Source: Squalus acanthias (lineage: Eukaryota). From it: a DNA stretch of 64,000 bases. The first letter of the stretch is position 1; the number at the start of each line of letters is the position of its first letter. A program made the position numbers and the translations under genes. Shown here one piece after another: positions 1-12,317 of the stretch. The DNA is taken from assembly GCA_030390025.1 (NCBI GenBank), contig CM059432.1, positions 8,494,001 through 8,558,000 on the forward strand, read 5' to 3'. Under the pieces are notes generated by a model. It made no database searches and had not been told where the DNA came from. It saw nothing but the letters and a program-made list of their open reading frames with translations.

Positions 1-1095
1 ACCAGATGGGTTTTTAACAACGATCTGGTAATTTCACGGTCATCATTACTGATACTAGCTTTTTATTCCAGATTTATTTAATTAACTGAATTTAAATTTC
101 CCCAGCCACCATGGTGGGATTTAAACTCATAGGGGGAAAAATTCAGTATCGCCCCGTTTGGGGCGCAATTATCGGCCGGGCGCAAAGATTAGCGCCTGGC
201 GCTAATTATCGCCTCCAACTGCAAACTTGACTTTTATCGCCCCTGGAGGTGATTGGAGCGCTAAATCAGGCGCTACACATCTGTCTTAAGGCGCAAAGGC
301 CGAGGAGTGAGGTGCTACCTCAGAGCGCTGGCGAAGCTCATGTGATGTCAGTCAGCAATGGAACACAGACACAATGGCGCCGGCCAGTTCTTAAAGGGGA
401 GGGTTGATCTTGCTTTCCATCCACATCCTGCTCATTGCAGCCTTGAATCTCGGCCTGGAGAGACCTGCACATCAAATCTGCTGGAAAGAACAATGGAGAA
501 GCCCAGGGAAAGAGCTCAGAGTGCAGCCCCCACAGTCTCTTCTAAATCGATACAAGGAAGGGCAAATCAAAATGAACCTGCAAAGTCCTGCTCAGTGCCC
601 AAAACTCCTTCACACAGCGTTGAATCTCTCCAGAAGTCTCTCTCTCTCTCTCTCTCAGAATGCGTGGTTTAAAAATGTCACCAAGAAAAAAAGGCAGGAA
701 GCAGTCGCCTTTAAATAGCGCTCCCCCAGTCCCTTCCTGACTGCAAAACGCTCCCCTCAACCTGTCGTTGCTAGCGGCAGGCGGTAAGGCAGGGGGCGCC
801 ACTCAATATCCGCTCCGGGGTGCTACCGGGGCATTGCGCACTCGACTGACGTCACGATCTGCCGGCACAGTAGACCACGGCGGTAGTGTTTAGCGCCGCC
901 GCAAAATGTCTAGTTAATTTCGCGAGCGGCGCAAACATCGCCGCGCCCGGGCGCTAGTTGCTTTGCGCCCCATTAGCGCCCTCTTAAGGGGCTAACGGGA
1001 GGCGCAACCAACTGAATTTTTCCCCCCATTTACTCCAGATTATCAGTTCAGGCCTCTGGATTGCTAGTCCAGTAACAAAATCGCCACGCTGCCAT
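1..1095 (-). mobile_element. tRNA-derived shark SINE (same family as 43948-45085), split by the MITE at 132-1026
   Basis: 1-131 and 1027-1095 are the reverse complement of the SINE head at 43950-44150 (B-box GAGTTTAAATCCC on minus; aaaacccatctggt motif) and join across the MITE. Confidence 0.8.
132..1026 (+). mobile_element. PIF/Harbinger-type MITE, family A, copy 1 (~895 bp)
   Basis: TIRs GGGGGAAAAATTCAGT...ACTGAATTTTTCCCCC; highly similar copies at 9034, 45816 and 62806; internal (CT)n; many GGCGC[T/A]A motifs; interrupts a SINE. Confidence 0.9.
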
Positions 1096-1944
1096 TCCCT
1101 TTCCCATTGTGTGAAACCCACTTGCTTTTGTTTTACAGCTTTATCCATTTGTCCTCCCACTTTTAAAGGTTTAAGTATCTGAACTCTTAAGTCTCACTGC
1201 TCCTTTACTGATTTTAGAGTTTGTCGCATCACTAAGTTTTAATTGGAGCGCTCTCCTCGCCAAGACTGGCCAAATTGACATTTTTTATTCGCTGACATAA
1301 AAGATTTACTCTTGTGTTTAACCTACATTGAAACTTCCAAACTGATACCAATATTGCCCCAACAAAACCGATGTCTAAGCTGCCCATTATCCACACTGCA
1401 ATGAGACAGTAAAAACTGTTGATTGTTAAGGTAGGCCCTCCCCGTCCTCTCCCAATATGTTTATTAGAAAACTCACTCTGCACGGGTATAGAGCAAAGAT
1501 GGTCACTTACTTTGACATTTATGTCCTGCGAATGTTGGTGCCTTTGACGTATTTTGACTTGAAAGCACAGTTTGGAAGCTAATTGCAAATGGGATTTGTC
1601 AGTGAGACTGGAGGACGTGTTGGATGCTGGATGTGGGGTTTGTTGTGTGATTATTCACGAGTGTCTATTTAAGCACTGTGTTGTCATATTTCTACCGTCA
1701 CATTTACATAAGATGTCTCACAGGTATTCTGATGAATGAAACTTTATTGCGTGCATACAAATCATTATTTACATAATGAATGATGGTGTCACTGGCCTAC
1801 ACTGCTCGCAGTGGAAATCACTTGCTCATTTCCAGCAAGTATTATAGCTTCAGTCTATACATCTATCTCCCTGTGAACTGAAGATTAGTTTATTTATTAT
1901 ATAAACTTACCCTCTGATAAGTTATCCTAACGCGATATTCAAAT

Positions 1945-2567
1945 TCTGCTGCTGAAACCCTCATCCATGCCTTTGTTACCTCCAGACTCAACTATTCCAA
2001 CGCTCTCCAGGCCGGCCTCCCATCTTCCACCCTCCACAAACTTGAGCTCATCCAAATCTCTGCTGCCCGTATCTTAACTCGCACCAAGTCCCGTTCACCC
2101 ATCACCCCCTGTGGTTGCTGATCTACATTGGCTCCCAGTCCAGCAACGCCTCGATTTAAAAAATTCTCATCCTTGTTTTCAAATCCCTTCATGGCCTCGC
2201 CCCCCCACCCCCTCCCTATCTCTTCAAACTCTTTCAGCCCTGCAACCCTCCAAGATCTTCGCCTTCCTCCAATTCTGGCCTCTTGTGCATCCCCGATTTT
2301 AAATCGCTCCACCATTGGCGGCCGTGCCTTCAGCTGCCAAGGCCCTAAGCTCTGGAATTCCCTCCCTAAACCTCTCCGCCTCTCTACCTCTCTCTCCTCC
2401 TTTAAGACGCTCCTTGAAACCTCCCTCTTTGACCGAGCTTTTGGTCACCTGACCTAATATCTCCTTATGTGGCTCGGTGTCACATTTTGTTTGATAATCG
2501 CTGCTGTGAAGCGTCTTGGGATGACTTATTACAGTAAAGACGCTATATAAATGCAAGTTGCTGTTGT
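1945..2567 (+). mobile_element. L2-clade LINE 3' fragment
   Basis: Encodes degenerate ETLIHAFVTSRLNYSNALQAGLP..LHKLELIQ and GRAFSCQGPKLWNSLP; tail cgctatataaatgcaagttg(ttg)n. Confidence 0.9.
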
Positions 2568-3569
2568 GACTGTTGCATACAGAGGTAAAATTCTAAAACT
2601 GCCGCAGATACCATCAGTGAACCCATTGAAACATCACTCAAGAATCTTTGCCTGATTATATTCATTCTTTAAGATCAACCATTACTTAAACTAACAAGGA
2701 AAACAGCAGATGCAGCAAGAAAGTAATGGGCTGTGAGCATCATTGATGGGTGATGAACGGTTTAGAGTTTAGCACTGCAACAGGCCAAATCTGTGCGGGC
2801 TGCATCATCCCCTGTTGGTAAAAGCATTAAGACTGCAGTGCAGATGTCTTTTACCCGAAGGACATCTACAACCTGTGAAAAGCATCTATATAATCGAATG
2901 ACAAACATCTTACATAACAACTGCCAGCTTAATTAAAGATGAGCGAGTAGGAGAACTGAATTGGCTGCAGATTTCAAGTCAAAGGGAACCTTCTAATTGA
3001 ATCATCATAAAACTGTCACAATCACCCAGATCAAAGTGACGAGGAGAACACATTTAATTGTCCCGTGTTCTTTTACATAATGTATGTACATCATTCGTGT
3101 GAATCAGTTTTTTTGACAATTAATGCTTCAGTGATTTTCTTTTTCATTTAATCACTTAAAGTGGAACACGCTCGATGAAGAAAAGCTCTCTCGTACAAAG
3201 GCCCATTCTTTCCAGCCTGAGAGTTTTATTCCCTCATGGTGATTTTAAGCACTGAGAGCTTTTGTGTTCAGATATGCAAATGATGCTCCATTGTATTAAT
3301 TAGTAATTACTTTTGTAATCAGCAAGGTTTCCATTTCGCCGGTTAATTTTATGGGACTTTGGCACTGGCACTCAACGCAGCTACTGAATCTTTATGTATT
3401 GAGAGGCTCGGAGACTTCGAAGGTGGGGCGTTTGGGTAGGGGCCAGAGGGCAGTCAGCACCTGAGGAACCATACCCGAGCATGAGCCAGAGATTTAGGCC
3501 AGGAGAGAAGAACGTTGGAGGCAGACAAGCTAAGGAAACAAGTTAGGAGAGTCCACAGATAGGAGGTTG

Positions 3570-4102
3570 AGGGGATGGTTCAAAACGATGAAGAGTAGAC
3601 ACAGAGAAACCATTTCCTCTGGTGGGGGAATCCAGAACAAGAGGGCTCAATCTTAAAATGAGAGCTCATCCATTTAAGAAAGAAAGAAAGAACTTGCATT
3701 TAAATAGCAAATTTCACAACCTCAGGACATCCCAAAGCGCTTTACAGCCAATGAAGTACTTTTTGAAGTGTGGTCACCGTTGTAATGTAGGAAACGCGGC
3801 AGCCAATTTTGCGCACAGCAAGATCCACTAACGGCAATGACCAGATAATCTGCTTTCGTGATCTTGGTCGACGGAAAGACTTTTTTACACAAAGGGTAGT
3901 GGAAATCTGGAACTCTCTCCCCCAGAAAGTCTGCAGATGCTGGGTTAATTGATATGTTCAAGACTGAGATCAATAGATTTTTGTTAGGTATCAGGAGGTA
4001 TGGTACCTCAATGGACTTGAGGTACAGATCAATCATGATCTGATTGAATGCCAGAACAGGCTCAAGGAGCTGAATGGCCTACTTTTGTTCCTATGTTTCT
4101 AT
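3570..4102 (+). mobile_element. CR1 LINE 3' end interrupted by a minus-strand DeuSINE fragment (3678-3872)
   Basis: GESRTRG..LK and FFTQRVVEIWNSLP motifs plus ctatgtt tail; the middle is the DeuSINE 3' half with its (aaag)n tail. Confidence 0.8.
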
Positions 4103-4364
4103 AACAACCGGGGTAGTTTGACTCCATATTTAGTTGTAAGAGAGCATAATACTGAGAATAATGCTAATGTAAGACATGTAAAAATCCAGGTGTTACCTAA
4201 AGTCTAAAGGACTCTCAGCATATTTTACAATTTGATGAAGTATAAAAATCTGAAAGTCTCTAATGAATATGAAAATATGGGTAAATAAGGACAGTATATT
4301 TATGGCTATTATAAAAGTATTGCTATATATCATCCTTAAGAGCTAATGTTGATATAGATTTATT

Positions 4365-4625
4365 CATCACTAATAAATCCAATAAAGAATTCAGGAGGAA
4401 CTTCTTTACCCAGAGAGTGGTGAGGATGTGGACCTCGCTACCACAGGGAATAGTTGAGGCGAATAGCAGATGCATTTAAGCGGAAGCGAGATAAGTACAT
4501 GAGGGAGAAAGGAATGGAAGAGTATGCTGATAGGGTGAGATGAAGAGGGGTGGGAGGAGGCTCGTATGGAGCATAAACGGCGATTAGACCAGTTGGGCTG
4601 AATGACCTGTTTCCGTGCTGTAGAC
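4365..4625 (+). mobile_element. CR1 LINE 3' fragment
   Basis: RRNFFTQRVVRMW motif followed by CR1 3' UTR. Confidence 0.8.
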
Positions 4626-4646
4626 GCGAAGTAAGCTTAAATCAAA

Positions 4647-5055
4647 CCTTAAACATTCACTCCCTCCACCACCGGCGCACCGTGGCTGCAGTGTGTACCA
4701 TCTACAAGATGCACTGCAGCAACTCGCCAAGGCTTCTTCGGCAGCACCTCCCAAACCCGCCACCTCTTCCACCTAGAAGGACAAGGGCAGCAGGCGCATG
4801 GGAACACCACCACCTCCAAGTTCCCCTCCAAGTCACACACCATCCTGACTTGGAAATATATCGCCGATCCTTCATCATCGCTGGGTCAAAGTCCTGGAAC
4901 TCCCTCCCTAGCAGCACTGTGGGAGCACCTTCACCACACGGACTGCAGCGGTTCAAGAAGGCGGCTCACTACCACCTTCTCAAGGGCAATTAGGGATGGG
5001 AAATAAATGCTGGCCTTGCCAGCGACACCCACATCCCATGAATGAATTTTTAAAA
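4647..5055 (+). mobile_element. Second LINE family (CR1/L2 group, here 'LINE-X') 3' end
   Basis: HSLHHRRTVAAVCTIYKMH...KSWNSLP...FKKAAH; 3' tail tagggatggg.aataaatgctggccttgccagcgac; repeated several times in the window. Exact clade not resolved. Confidence 0.8.
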
Positions 5056-5469
5056 AGCCCACTATAAAGCTGCACATTCAGAAAGAATTGAACTGTTTGA
5101 ACAAAAGGACTTCAAAAATTGCTGAGCTGCAGTGAATGGTAATTAATCCACTTATCGTTAGTTTGTTTTACTGGTGTCCATGTGCGTTTAATGCTGTTTA
5201 CATGAATAAAGTTCGATAAAGGGGAATAATTGGCTTGGTAATTTCTCGAACACTCGCTTAAATGAATTTTACCAAGAGTTACATTTCTTTCCCAAGTTAG
5301 GATTGAAATTCTAAATTACATCAACAACTGGTGGCCTAAGAGTGATGGGAAATACCACATTTGGGTTAAGTTTTTGAAGGGTCGGAGAAGAGAAAAAGAA
5401 CGAAGGCGCAAGTTTCACGTTCTCAGCTCATCGCAAAGTGCTTCACAGCCAATGAAGTACTTTTGAAGC

Positions 5470-5891
5470 GCAGTTGCCCACTCTACCACTTGTGCTCAGG
5501 AGTCTCCTGGACTTGGCTGTTCGTCTCCCGGGTGCTGCTGCGGGCAAACCCGGGAGGAAAGTTTGTTTTACGTGCAGTTTGCCGCTTGAGCCAATCAGCT
5601 GTTCTCCCCTCCTCCCCCGCAAACCCCCCCCCCACCCTCCTCCCCACCGACACTTGCCGCACTTTCAGTGAAGTTGCGTTGACATTGCTCCAAGCGCGAT
5701 TGTCCCCGGCCTGATCTTAATGGGGTCCGTTCTGTCATGATTTTGGACCCTAACGGCAGATATCCCTACCGAGAATGCACTGCATACCAGAATATGCCCG
5801 AAACATTCTGGTGGATGCTCACGAACGTCACATGATCAGATGTCAGATGATCAGGCCTCCAGGAATATGTCAAACCAGAGTTGGCAACCCT
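5470..5891. mobile_element. Old non-autonomous DNA transposon, hAT-like termini
   Basis: Imperfect TIRs gttgcccactct...agagttggcaaccct (AGGGTTGCCAAC type); no clear TSD. Confidence 0.45.
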
Positions 5892-6083
5892 AGTGCCACC
5901 AGAACCTAGAACTCTTCCCTAACCTCAAGGAGACTCCAGCGCTGCCAAACCCTAATGTCCCCTTCCCCAGTGCGGCTAATACCCAGGACTTCCCCACCAG
6001 TGCTACCAAACTCTCGACCCTCCTGGCTATCAAACTCCAGCCCCCTCTTCCTGGTGCTGCCAGAGCTCAGGAACTCACATTGT

Positions 6084-6462
6084 TCATTCTTGTTTTCAAA
6101 TCCCTCCACGGCCTCACCCCGTCCCTATCTCTGTAATCTCCGCCAGCCCCCACAACCCTTTGAGATCTCTGCGCTCCTCGAATTCTGGCCTCTTGCGCAA
6201 CCCCCGATTTTAATCGCTCCACCATTGGCGGCCGTGCCTTCAGCTGCCTGGGCCCTAAGCTCTGGAATTCCCTCACTAAACCTCTCCGCCTCTCTACTTC
6301 TCTTTCCTCCTTTAAGACGCTCCTTAAAGCTTACCTCTTTGACCAATCTGTCCTAATATCTCTTTATGCGGCTCGGTGTCAAACTTGCTTGATAACGCTC
6401 CTGTGAAGTGCCTTGGGACGTTCTGCTATGTTAAAGGCGCCGTATAAATGCAAGTTGTTGTT
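6084..6462 (+). mobile_element. L2 LINE 3' fragment
   Basis: Same sequence family and tail as 1945-2567. Confidence 0.85.
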
Positions 6463-6514
6463 TTTGCTCCTGCATCTTCTGAGCATTCTCAGACCACTGT
6501 GCTTCTAATCCTTA

Positions 6515-6887
6515 TGATGTGGAGATGCCGGTGTTGGACTGGGGTGGACAAATGTGAGAAGTCGCACGACACCAGGTTATAGTCCAACAGCTTTATTTGA
6601 AATCACAAGCTTTCGGAGCGCTGCTATCGTCTTTGATGTAATGTCTTCCTGACTGACCTGGTTGGACACCATCCACACCTTTGATTGCCGTGATTGTCTC
6701 TCTGCCGAGGTGTGATAAAGGGCAGTTAGAAAGATTAACTGTAATCATCTGGCAGTGTTCTCTGACTATATATGCTGTGCCTATATGCATCTCTTCACTT
6801 CACCTGACGAAGGAGCAGCGCTCTGAAAGCTTGTGATTTCAAATAAAGCTGTTGGACTATAACCTGGTGTTGTGCGACTTCTCACTT
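6515..6887. mobile_element. Penelope-like element terminus with an inverted (fold-back) structure
   Basis: 6515-6630 is the minus-strand pLTR end and 6630-6887 the plus-strand copy; flanked by direct repeat ctaatcct[t/c]a (6505-6514 / 6888-6897). Confidence 0.85.
6800..6836 (+). ncRNA. Minimal type I hammerhead ribozyme (PLE-associated)
   Basis: TCAC-CTGACGA-A-GGAGC-agc-GCTCT-GAAA-GCTT-GTGA: CUGANGA and GAAA cores, stem II, palindromic AAGCTT at stem III, stem I TCAC/GTGA. Confidence 0.75.
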
Positions 6888-7709
6888 CTAATCCTCAGCA
6901 CTGCAGTGCTCCCGCATTGCCCCTTTCTTCCCCACAGAATACTGACAGACCCCATTCTCTAGCCCCCTCCACTCCCTTGCATTACGTTTCTCTTCCTCGT
7001 GCCTCCTAGCCATGGGGATTATCTCCACACTTTCTCTCAGCTGCATCACTTCCCGGACAGTCCTTCCTTAACTGTATCTCCCTCCAGATTGGTACACTCG
7101 ATTTACAAGCTTGCACTTTATTCTGGGTCTTTAAGAAAGACATAAGACATATTAAGTGGCTACATAGGCAAAAAGGAATTTATAATAAATCAAGGCCGCT
7201 GAGTTACAGTTTTCAGGGAAAAATGCCCAGAATCATCGAATTAGATCTCAAAATATTGATTAAAAATGTCAGAAAATGCAATTTCACTTATCCAGTCAGA
7301 GTAAATCACTGTTTATGCTAATATATTGTGCATTATGTAATATAACAGTCCGATCATTAGAAAATGGCACATCCTCGGACTTACTATGAGCAATAACATG
7401 GAGGTCCTCAGGAGTTGGGCCAGGATTTGCTGTCCAAAATAACGGCAAGGCCAATGGCGTTCGCTGAAAGACTGGCAAACACATCGCTTGAATGTATCAA
7501 TAAGTGCAAGTATAAATTCAAGGTTCCCAGAGTTGCAATGTAGCTAACGTAAGAGGTTGATATCAAGCAACACAGACACACATTTGTTTAAGAACTCATG
7601 AACCTTTGAATGTTCCCTATATATCATATAACGAAAATCTTGTGCTTTGTGATATAATTAATTCAAAGGCACCTTCAGTCTTTTCTCGAGCCTATACAAT
7701 ACATTTACT

Positions 7710-7933
7710 TAGAATCATAGAATGATTACAGCACAGAAGGAGGCCATTCGGCCCGTCATACCCATGCCAACTCTCTGCAAGAGCACCTCAGCTAGTCCCA
7801 CTCCCCCGCCCTTTCCCCGTAGCCCTGCAAATTTTTTTCCATCAGGTACTTATCCAATTCCCTGTTGAAAGCCACGATTGAATCTGCCTCCACCACCCTC
7901 TCAGGCAGTGAATTCCAGATCCTAACCACTCGA
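7710..7933 (-). mobile_element. CR1 LINE 3' fragment
   Basis: Reverse complement of RVVRIWNSLPERVVEA and the ctatgattct tail. Confidence 0.85.
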
Positions 7934-8129
7934 CAATGCATAGGAGTATTCTTGAGTCAGAAGGTTGTGGGTTCAAGTCCCACTCCAGAGAGTTGAGCAC
8001 ATAAATCTAGGCTGACACTCCAGTGCAGTACTGAGGGAGTGCTACACTGTTGGAGGTGCCGTCTTTCGAATGGTGCCATCTGTCCTCTCGGGTGGACGTA
8101 ACGGATCCCACAACATTTTTCGCAGAAGA

Positions 8130-8269
8130 CTGGATAGGCACTTGAGGTAAATAAACTTGCAGGGCTACAGGGAGAGAGCAGGGGAATGGGACTGACTGGA
8201 TTGCTCTGCAGAGAGCCGGCACGGACTCGATGGGCCGAATGGCCTCTTTCTGTGCCGTTATGACTATAT
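8130..8269 (+). mobile_element. CR1 3' end inserted in the DeuSINE; its tail continues at 9023-9033 and 9926-9935
   Basis: ggataggcacttg...gggccgaatggcct...tatgact microsatellite tail. Confidence 0.8.
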
Positions 8270-9022
8270 GGGGGAAAAGTTCCGTTGGTTGCGCCTCCCG
8301 TTAGCGCCTTAAGAGGGCGCTAATGGGGCGCAAAGCAACTAGCGCCCGGGTGCGGTGCCGCCCACGTCTCCCGCGAAATTGAGCGGGAGGTTAGTGGCGG
8401 CGCTAACTGGTAGCGCCCTGTGGCGCTGCGCTGCCGGCGATGACGTCATCACCATGTGCAGCGCCCCGCTCGCGCTCCACCGTGATCTTCGGTAGCGCCC
8501 CTTGACTTACCGGCGGATGCTATTTCCGACGGGGTCAGGGGGGCCTACCTGCGGCCGGGGCGGCGCTAGTTAAAGGGGAGGTGGCGGGCGGCCATTTTTG
8601 TTGCTGGCCACCTGCCAGCACCTGCCCCCGTTGCTGTCCCCGGACCCCGTGAAGCCCCCCCACCTCCCCCCCCGCGAAGTGCCGGCTGCGCTCCAAGAGT
8701 TTTGCCAGTAGTTCTGAACCCCGGGATCCCAGCTGGGCCCCAGTTCGTGCTGCGCAAGGCCCCTCCCCTTTAAGCAGGGGAGGAAGGCCTGCAATACCGC
8801 GGTGCGATGTGCCTCATCGCCTGGCGCTGCAGCACGTAGCGCCACGATACTGACTCGCAGCGCCCCAAGAGGGATGTGCGGCGCTTCCAGTAGCGCCCCG
8901 CTTCCCTCTTGGGGCGCAACCACTCAATTTCCGGTGCGGGGGCGCTAATTTTTATGGGGCGCTAAAAGTAGCGCCCCGGTGAAGTTAGCGCCCCAAAGGG
9001 GGCGTGACTCAATTTTTCCCCC
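8270..9022 (-). mobile_element. Harbinger-type MITE, family B (753 bp, GC-rich), termini shared with family A
   Basis: GGGGGAAAAGTT...AATTTTTCCCCC; perfect TSD TAT/TAT; first ~80 bp are the reverse complement of the family A right end. Confidence 0.85.
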
Positions 9023-9033
9023 TATGACTCTAT

Positions 9034-9925
9034 GGGGGAAATATTCAGTATCGCCCCGTTTGGGGCACGATTATCGACCGTGCGCAAAGATTCGCGCCTG
9101 GAGCTAATTATCGCCTCCAACTGCAAACTTGACTTTTATCGCCCCTGGAGATGATTGCAGTGCTAAATCAGGCCCTACACACCTGTCTTAAGGCGCAAAG
9201 GCCAAGGAGCGAGGCGCTAACTCAGAGCACTGGCGAAGCTCATGTGATGTCAGTCAGCAATGGAACAGAGACACAATGGCGCCGGCCAGTTCTTAAAGGG
9301 GAGGGTCGATCTTGCTCTCCATCCACACCCTGCTCATTGCAGCCTTGAATCTCGGCCTGGAGAGACCTGTACATCAAATCTGTTGGAAAGAACAATGGAG
9401 AGAACCAGGGAAAGAGCTCAGAGTGCAGCCCCCATATTCTCTTCTAAATCGATGCAGGGACGATCAAAAGAAAAAGAACCTGCAAAGTGCTGCTCAGTGC
9501 CCAAAACTCCTCAACACAGCGTTGAATATCTCCAGAAGTCTCTCTCTCTCACTCAGAATGCGTGGTGAAAAAATTTCGCCGACAAAGAAAGGCAGGAAGC
9601 GGTCACCTTTAAGTAGTGCTCCCCCAGTCCCTTCCCAACTGCAAAACGCTCCCCTCAACCTGTCGTTGCTAGCGGCAGGCGTTAAGACAGGGGGCTTCAC
9701 TCAATATCTGGTTCGGGGTGCTACCGGGGTGTTGCACGCTCGACTAACGTCACGATCTGCGGGCGCAGGTGATCGTGGCGGTAGTGTTTAGCGCCGCCGC
9801 AAAATGTCCGGTCAATTTCGTGAGCGGTGCAAACATCGCCGCGCACGGGCGCTAGATGCTTTGCGCCCTATTAGCGCCCTCTTAAGGCGCTAACGGGAGG
9901 CGTAAACCAACTGAATTTTCCCCCC
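9034..9925 (+). mobile_element. Harbinger-type MITE, family A, copy 2
   Basis: TIRs as in copy 1; TSD TAT/CAT within the CR1 tail repeat. Confidence 0.9.
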
Positions 9926-10004
9926 CATGACTCTAAGAACACGAGAGATATCCCCGGTGTCCTGGCCAATATTTACCCCTCAAACTACATCACTACAACA
10001 GATT

Positions 10005-10766
10005 GGACCAAAATTTGTGGTCGGAGGCCTCCCGCGGGCGGATGCCTACAAAACGCAAAAAATCTACGAATTTACCTGGTGGTCCGGGAGGTATGGAGAC
10101 TTGCGATCCTGGGCCTCGCCGGGTACCCGTGGGTAGAGGCCAACGTATCCCAGGGGCGCATGCGGTTCGCAAGCGCCCCTGGGATCACGTGGGTCAGCCC
10201 AACCAATAAAAGAAGGGAATCCCCATTCATACTTGTGGGGAATTCCGTACGTATGTAACTGTCATAAGTATGAATGGGGATCACTTAAAAAATACATGGA
10301 CACATGAAATAAATTTTAAAAATTACACATTTAACATGAATTAAATTGCCATTTAATTAAATATTTTAAACAAAAAATATTGATTTTTTTTTAATATGTT
10401 TTAACGGGGCTAAAAATAAACTTACCTTATTGGACAGGGTTTTTAATGTATCAATGAGTGATAAAATTTTGTTTTTCTATTTTTTAAAACTCTTACGCTG
10501 GTGAAAAGCAAGCCCTACCCCTGCTTTTACCAGGCGTAAGAATTTCACGGGCATTGGCCGGGCAGAAGTTGGGCAAATAGCGCAACTCTCCGCCTGCGGA
10601 GGCCCTTCTCCCAGGGATGCGGATCCTCTGTCCAGCGAATTCTTGACAGATCGCGAGTTCCGGGTTTTCGCGCATGCGCTTCGCATGCCTATCCCCGGAA
10701 CTTGCGCGGCCCCTACGGGCGCGCGGGCACCTCGTATGCACCCGTAAGGGTCGCAAATTACGGCCC
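10005..10766 (+). mobile_element. Harbinger-type MITE, family C (762 bp, GC-rich arms, AT-rich core)
   Basis: Termini GGACCAAAATTT...AAATTACGGCCC; TSD ATT/ATT restores the SINE sequence acagATTatctg; related copy at 51181-51943. Confidence 0.85.
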
Positions 10767-11219
10767 ATTATCTGTTCATTTATCACATTGCTGTTGGTGG
10801 GAGCTTGCTGTGCGCAAATTGGCTGCCGCGCTTCCTACATTACAACAGTGACTGCACTTCAAAAAGTGCTTCATTGGCTGCAAAGCGCTTTGAGAAGTCC
10901 TGAGGTCGTGAAAGGCGCTACACAAATGCAAGTTCTGTCTTTCTTTCTCAAGAGCATGGTTGAAGTGATGCCATAATCTTAGTCTGAAATGGGAAGGTCA
11001 GATTGACTGCTGGACCTTTGGTTTGAAGATTCCGTTTCATTCCTGAAAAGGAATCAGGATTCCGGTCAGACCCCAAGGTAAAGTCAAGATGAAATTAAGT
11101 AAGCGGTGAAAAGATCCTTGATAATAGAAACACCACCTTTTAAATATTCACTATTAAATATTTTCTTCACTCTGGCCACTCAGACAAATGGGAAGGAAAG
11201 AAAAAACATTGTTCTCAAA

Positions 11220-11366
11220 ATGACTTTCGATGCATTTAAGGGGAAGAATAAGTACATGAGGGAGAAAGGAATAGAAGGATATGCTGGCAGGGTGTGAGAA
11301 GTAGGGTGGGAGGAGGCCCATGTGGAGCGTAAACACCGGCACGGACCAGTTGGGCCGAATGGCCTG
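11220..11366 (+). mobile_element. CR1 3' fragment
   Basis: DAFKGKNKYMREKGIEGY followed by CR1 3' UTR. Confidence 0.75.
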
Positions 11367-11856
11367 ACAAGAAAATCAAAGGAGGGCAAACCGCAGAAAA
11401 GCTCTGAAGGTCAAGCCAAGTCGTCCCTTCCTCAATGCATTGTTGAAGCAAAGGAAAGAAGTTCTGACGCAGATGATGTGATCAAAGCGCCACAACCAGC
11501 AGCCTGGCTGAATACGGCGAGCGTTGTGAACCGAATCTTTGTGCCGCGGGATTTAAAGTTGAAATGACGTAGTTTTCCTCGGATAATTCCCAAAGTTGAG
11601 CAGAGACCCTTTTGAAGTTCTGCAATAGTTTACAGAGATGCGGTTCCAACATTCTCCCAAACAAATGTCATTGCCGCACATTGCTACACTGTTGGAGGTG
11701 CTGCCTTTCGGATGAGACGTTAAACTGAGGTGCCGTCTGTCCTCCCTTTGTTTTAAATTGCCTGTTCGATATTTCTGCTCACCAATGCCACTTTAGCAAG
11801 TTTATTTTTTATAAAAGATAGCCTGAGTGATTATGGTAGAATTACTTTGCATTTAA

Positions 11857-12315
11857 AGAAAGAAAGACTTGCATTTATATAGCGCCTTTCACGACCACCG
11901 GACGTCCCAAAGTGCTTTACAGACAATGAAGTACTTTTGAAGTGGAGTCACTGTTGTAATGTGGGAAACGCGGCAGCCAATTTGCGCACAGCAAGCTCCC
12001 ACAAACAGCAATGTGATAATGACCAGATCATCTGTTTTTGTTATGTTGGTTGAGGGATAAATATTAGCCCCAGGACACCAGGGATAAATCCCCTGCTCTT
12101 CTTCGAAAATAGTGCCATGGGATCATTTACGTCCACCTGAGAGATCAGACAGGGTCTCTGTTTAACGTCTCATCCGAAAGAGAGTGCAGCACTCCCTCAG
12201 TACTGCACTGGAGTGTCAGCCTAGATTTATGTGCTCGATTCCCAGGAGTGGGATTTGAATCCACAACCTTCTGACTCAGAGGCGAGTGTGCTACCCACTG
12301 AGCCACGGCTGGCAC
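11857..12315 (-). mobile_element. DeuSINE, full length
   Basis: Reverse complement reads gccagccgtggctcagtgggtagca (A-box), ggattcaaatccc (B-box), Deu core and ctttcttt tail. Confidence 0.9.
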
Positions 12316-12317
12316 AT

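Larger units (their letters stand above)
7952..10947 (+). mobile_element. DeuSINE (SacSINE1/AmnSINE1-like) in three pieces (7952-8129, 9936-10004, 10767-10947), hosting a CR1 tail and three MITEs
   Basis: The pieces join into the sequence seen intact at 34993-35465 (B-box ggttcaagtccc, Deu-type core, L2-type tail). Confidence 0.85.

Noticed and set aside
358..802. Recurrent ORFs MEHRHNGAGQFLKG..., also at 9260, 46103 and 63033, as a novel gene family
   Set aside because: They lie inside MITE copies, and their stops and frames shift with (CT)n length, so they are not conserved as coding sequence.
5892..6078. Degenerate repeats (cagtgc..cca) resembling a repeat-spacer array
   Set aside because: Units are too diverged and irregular and the context is eukaryotic. 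At most a decayed minisatellite, not CRISPR.
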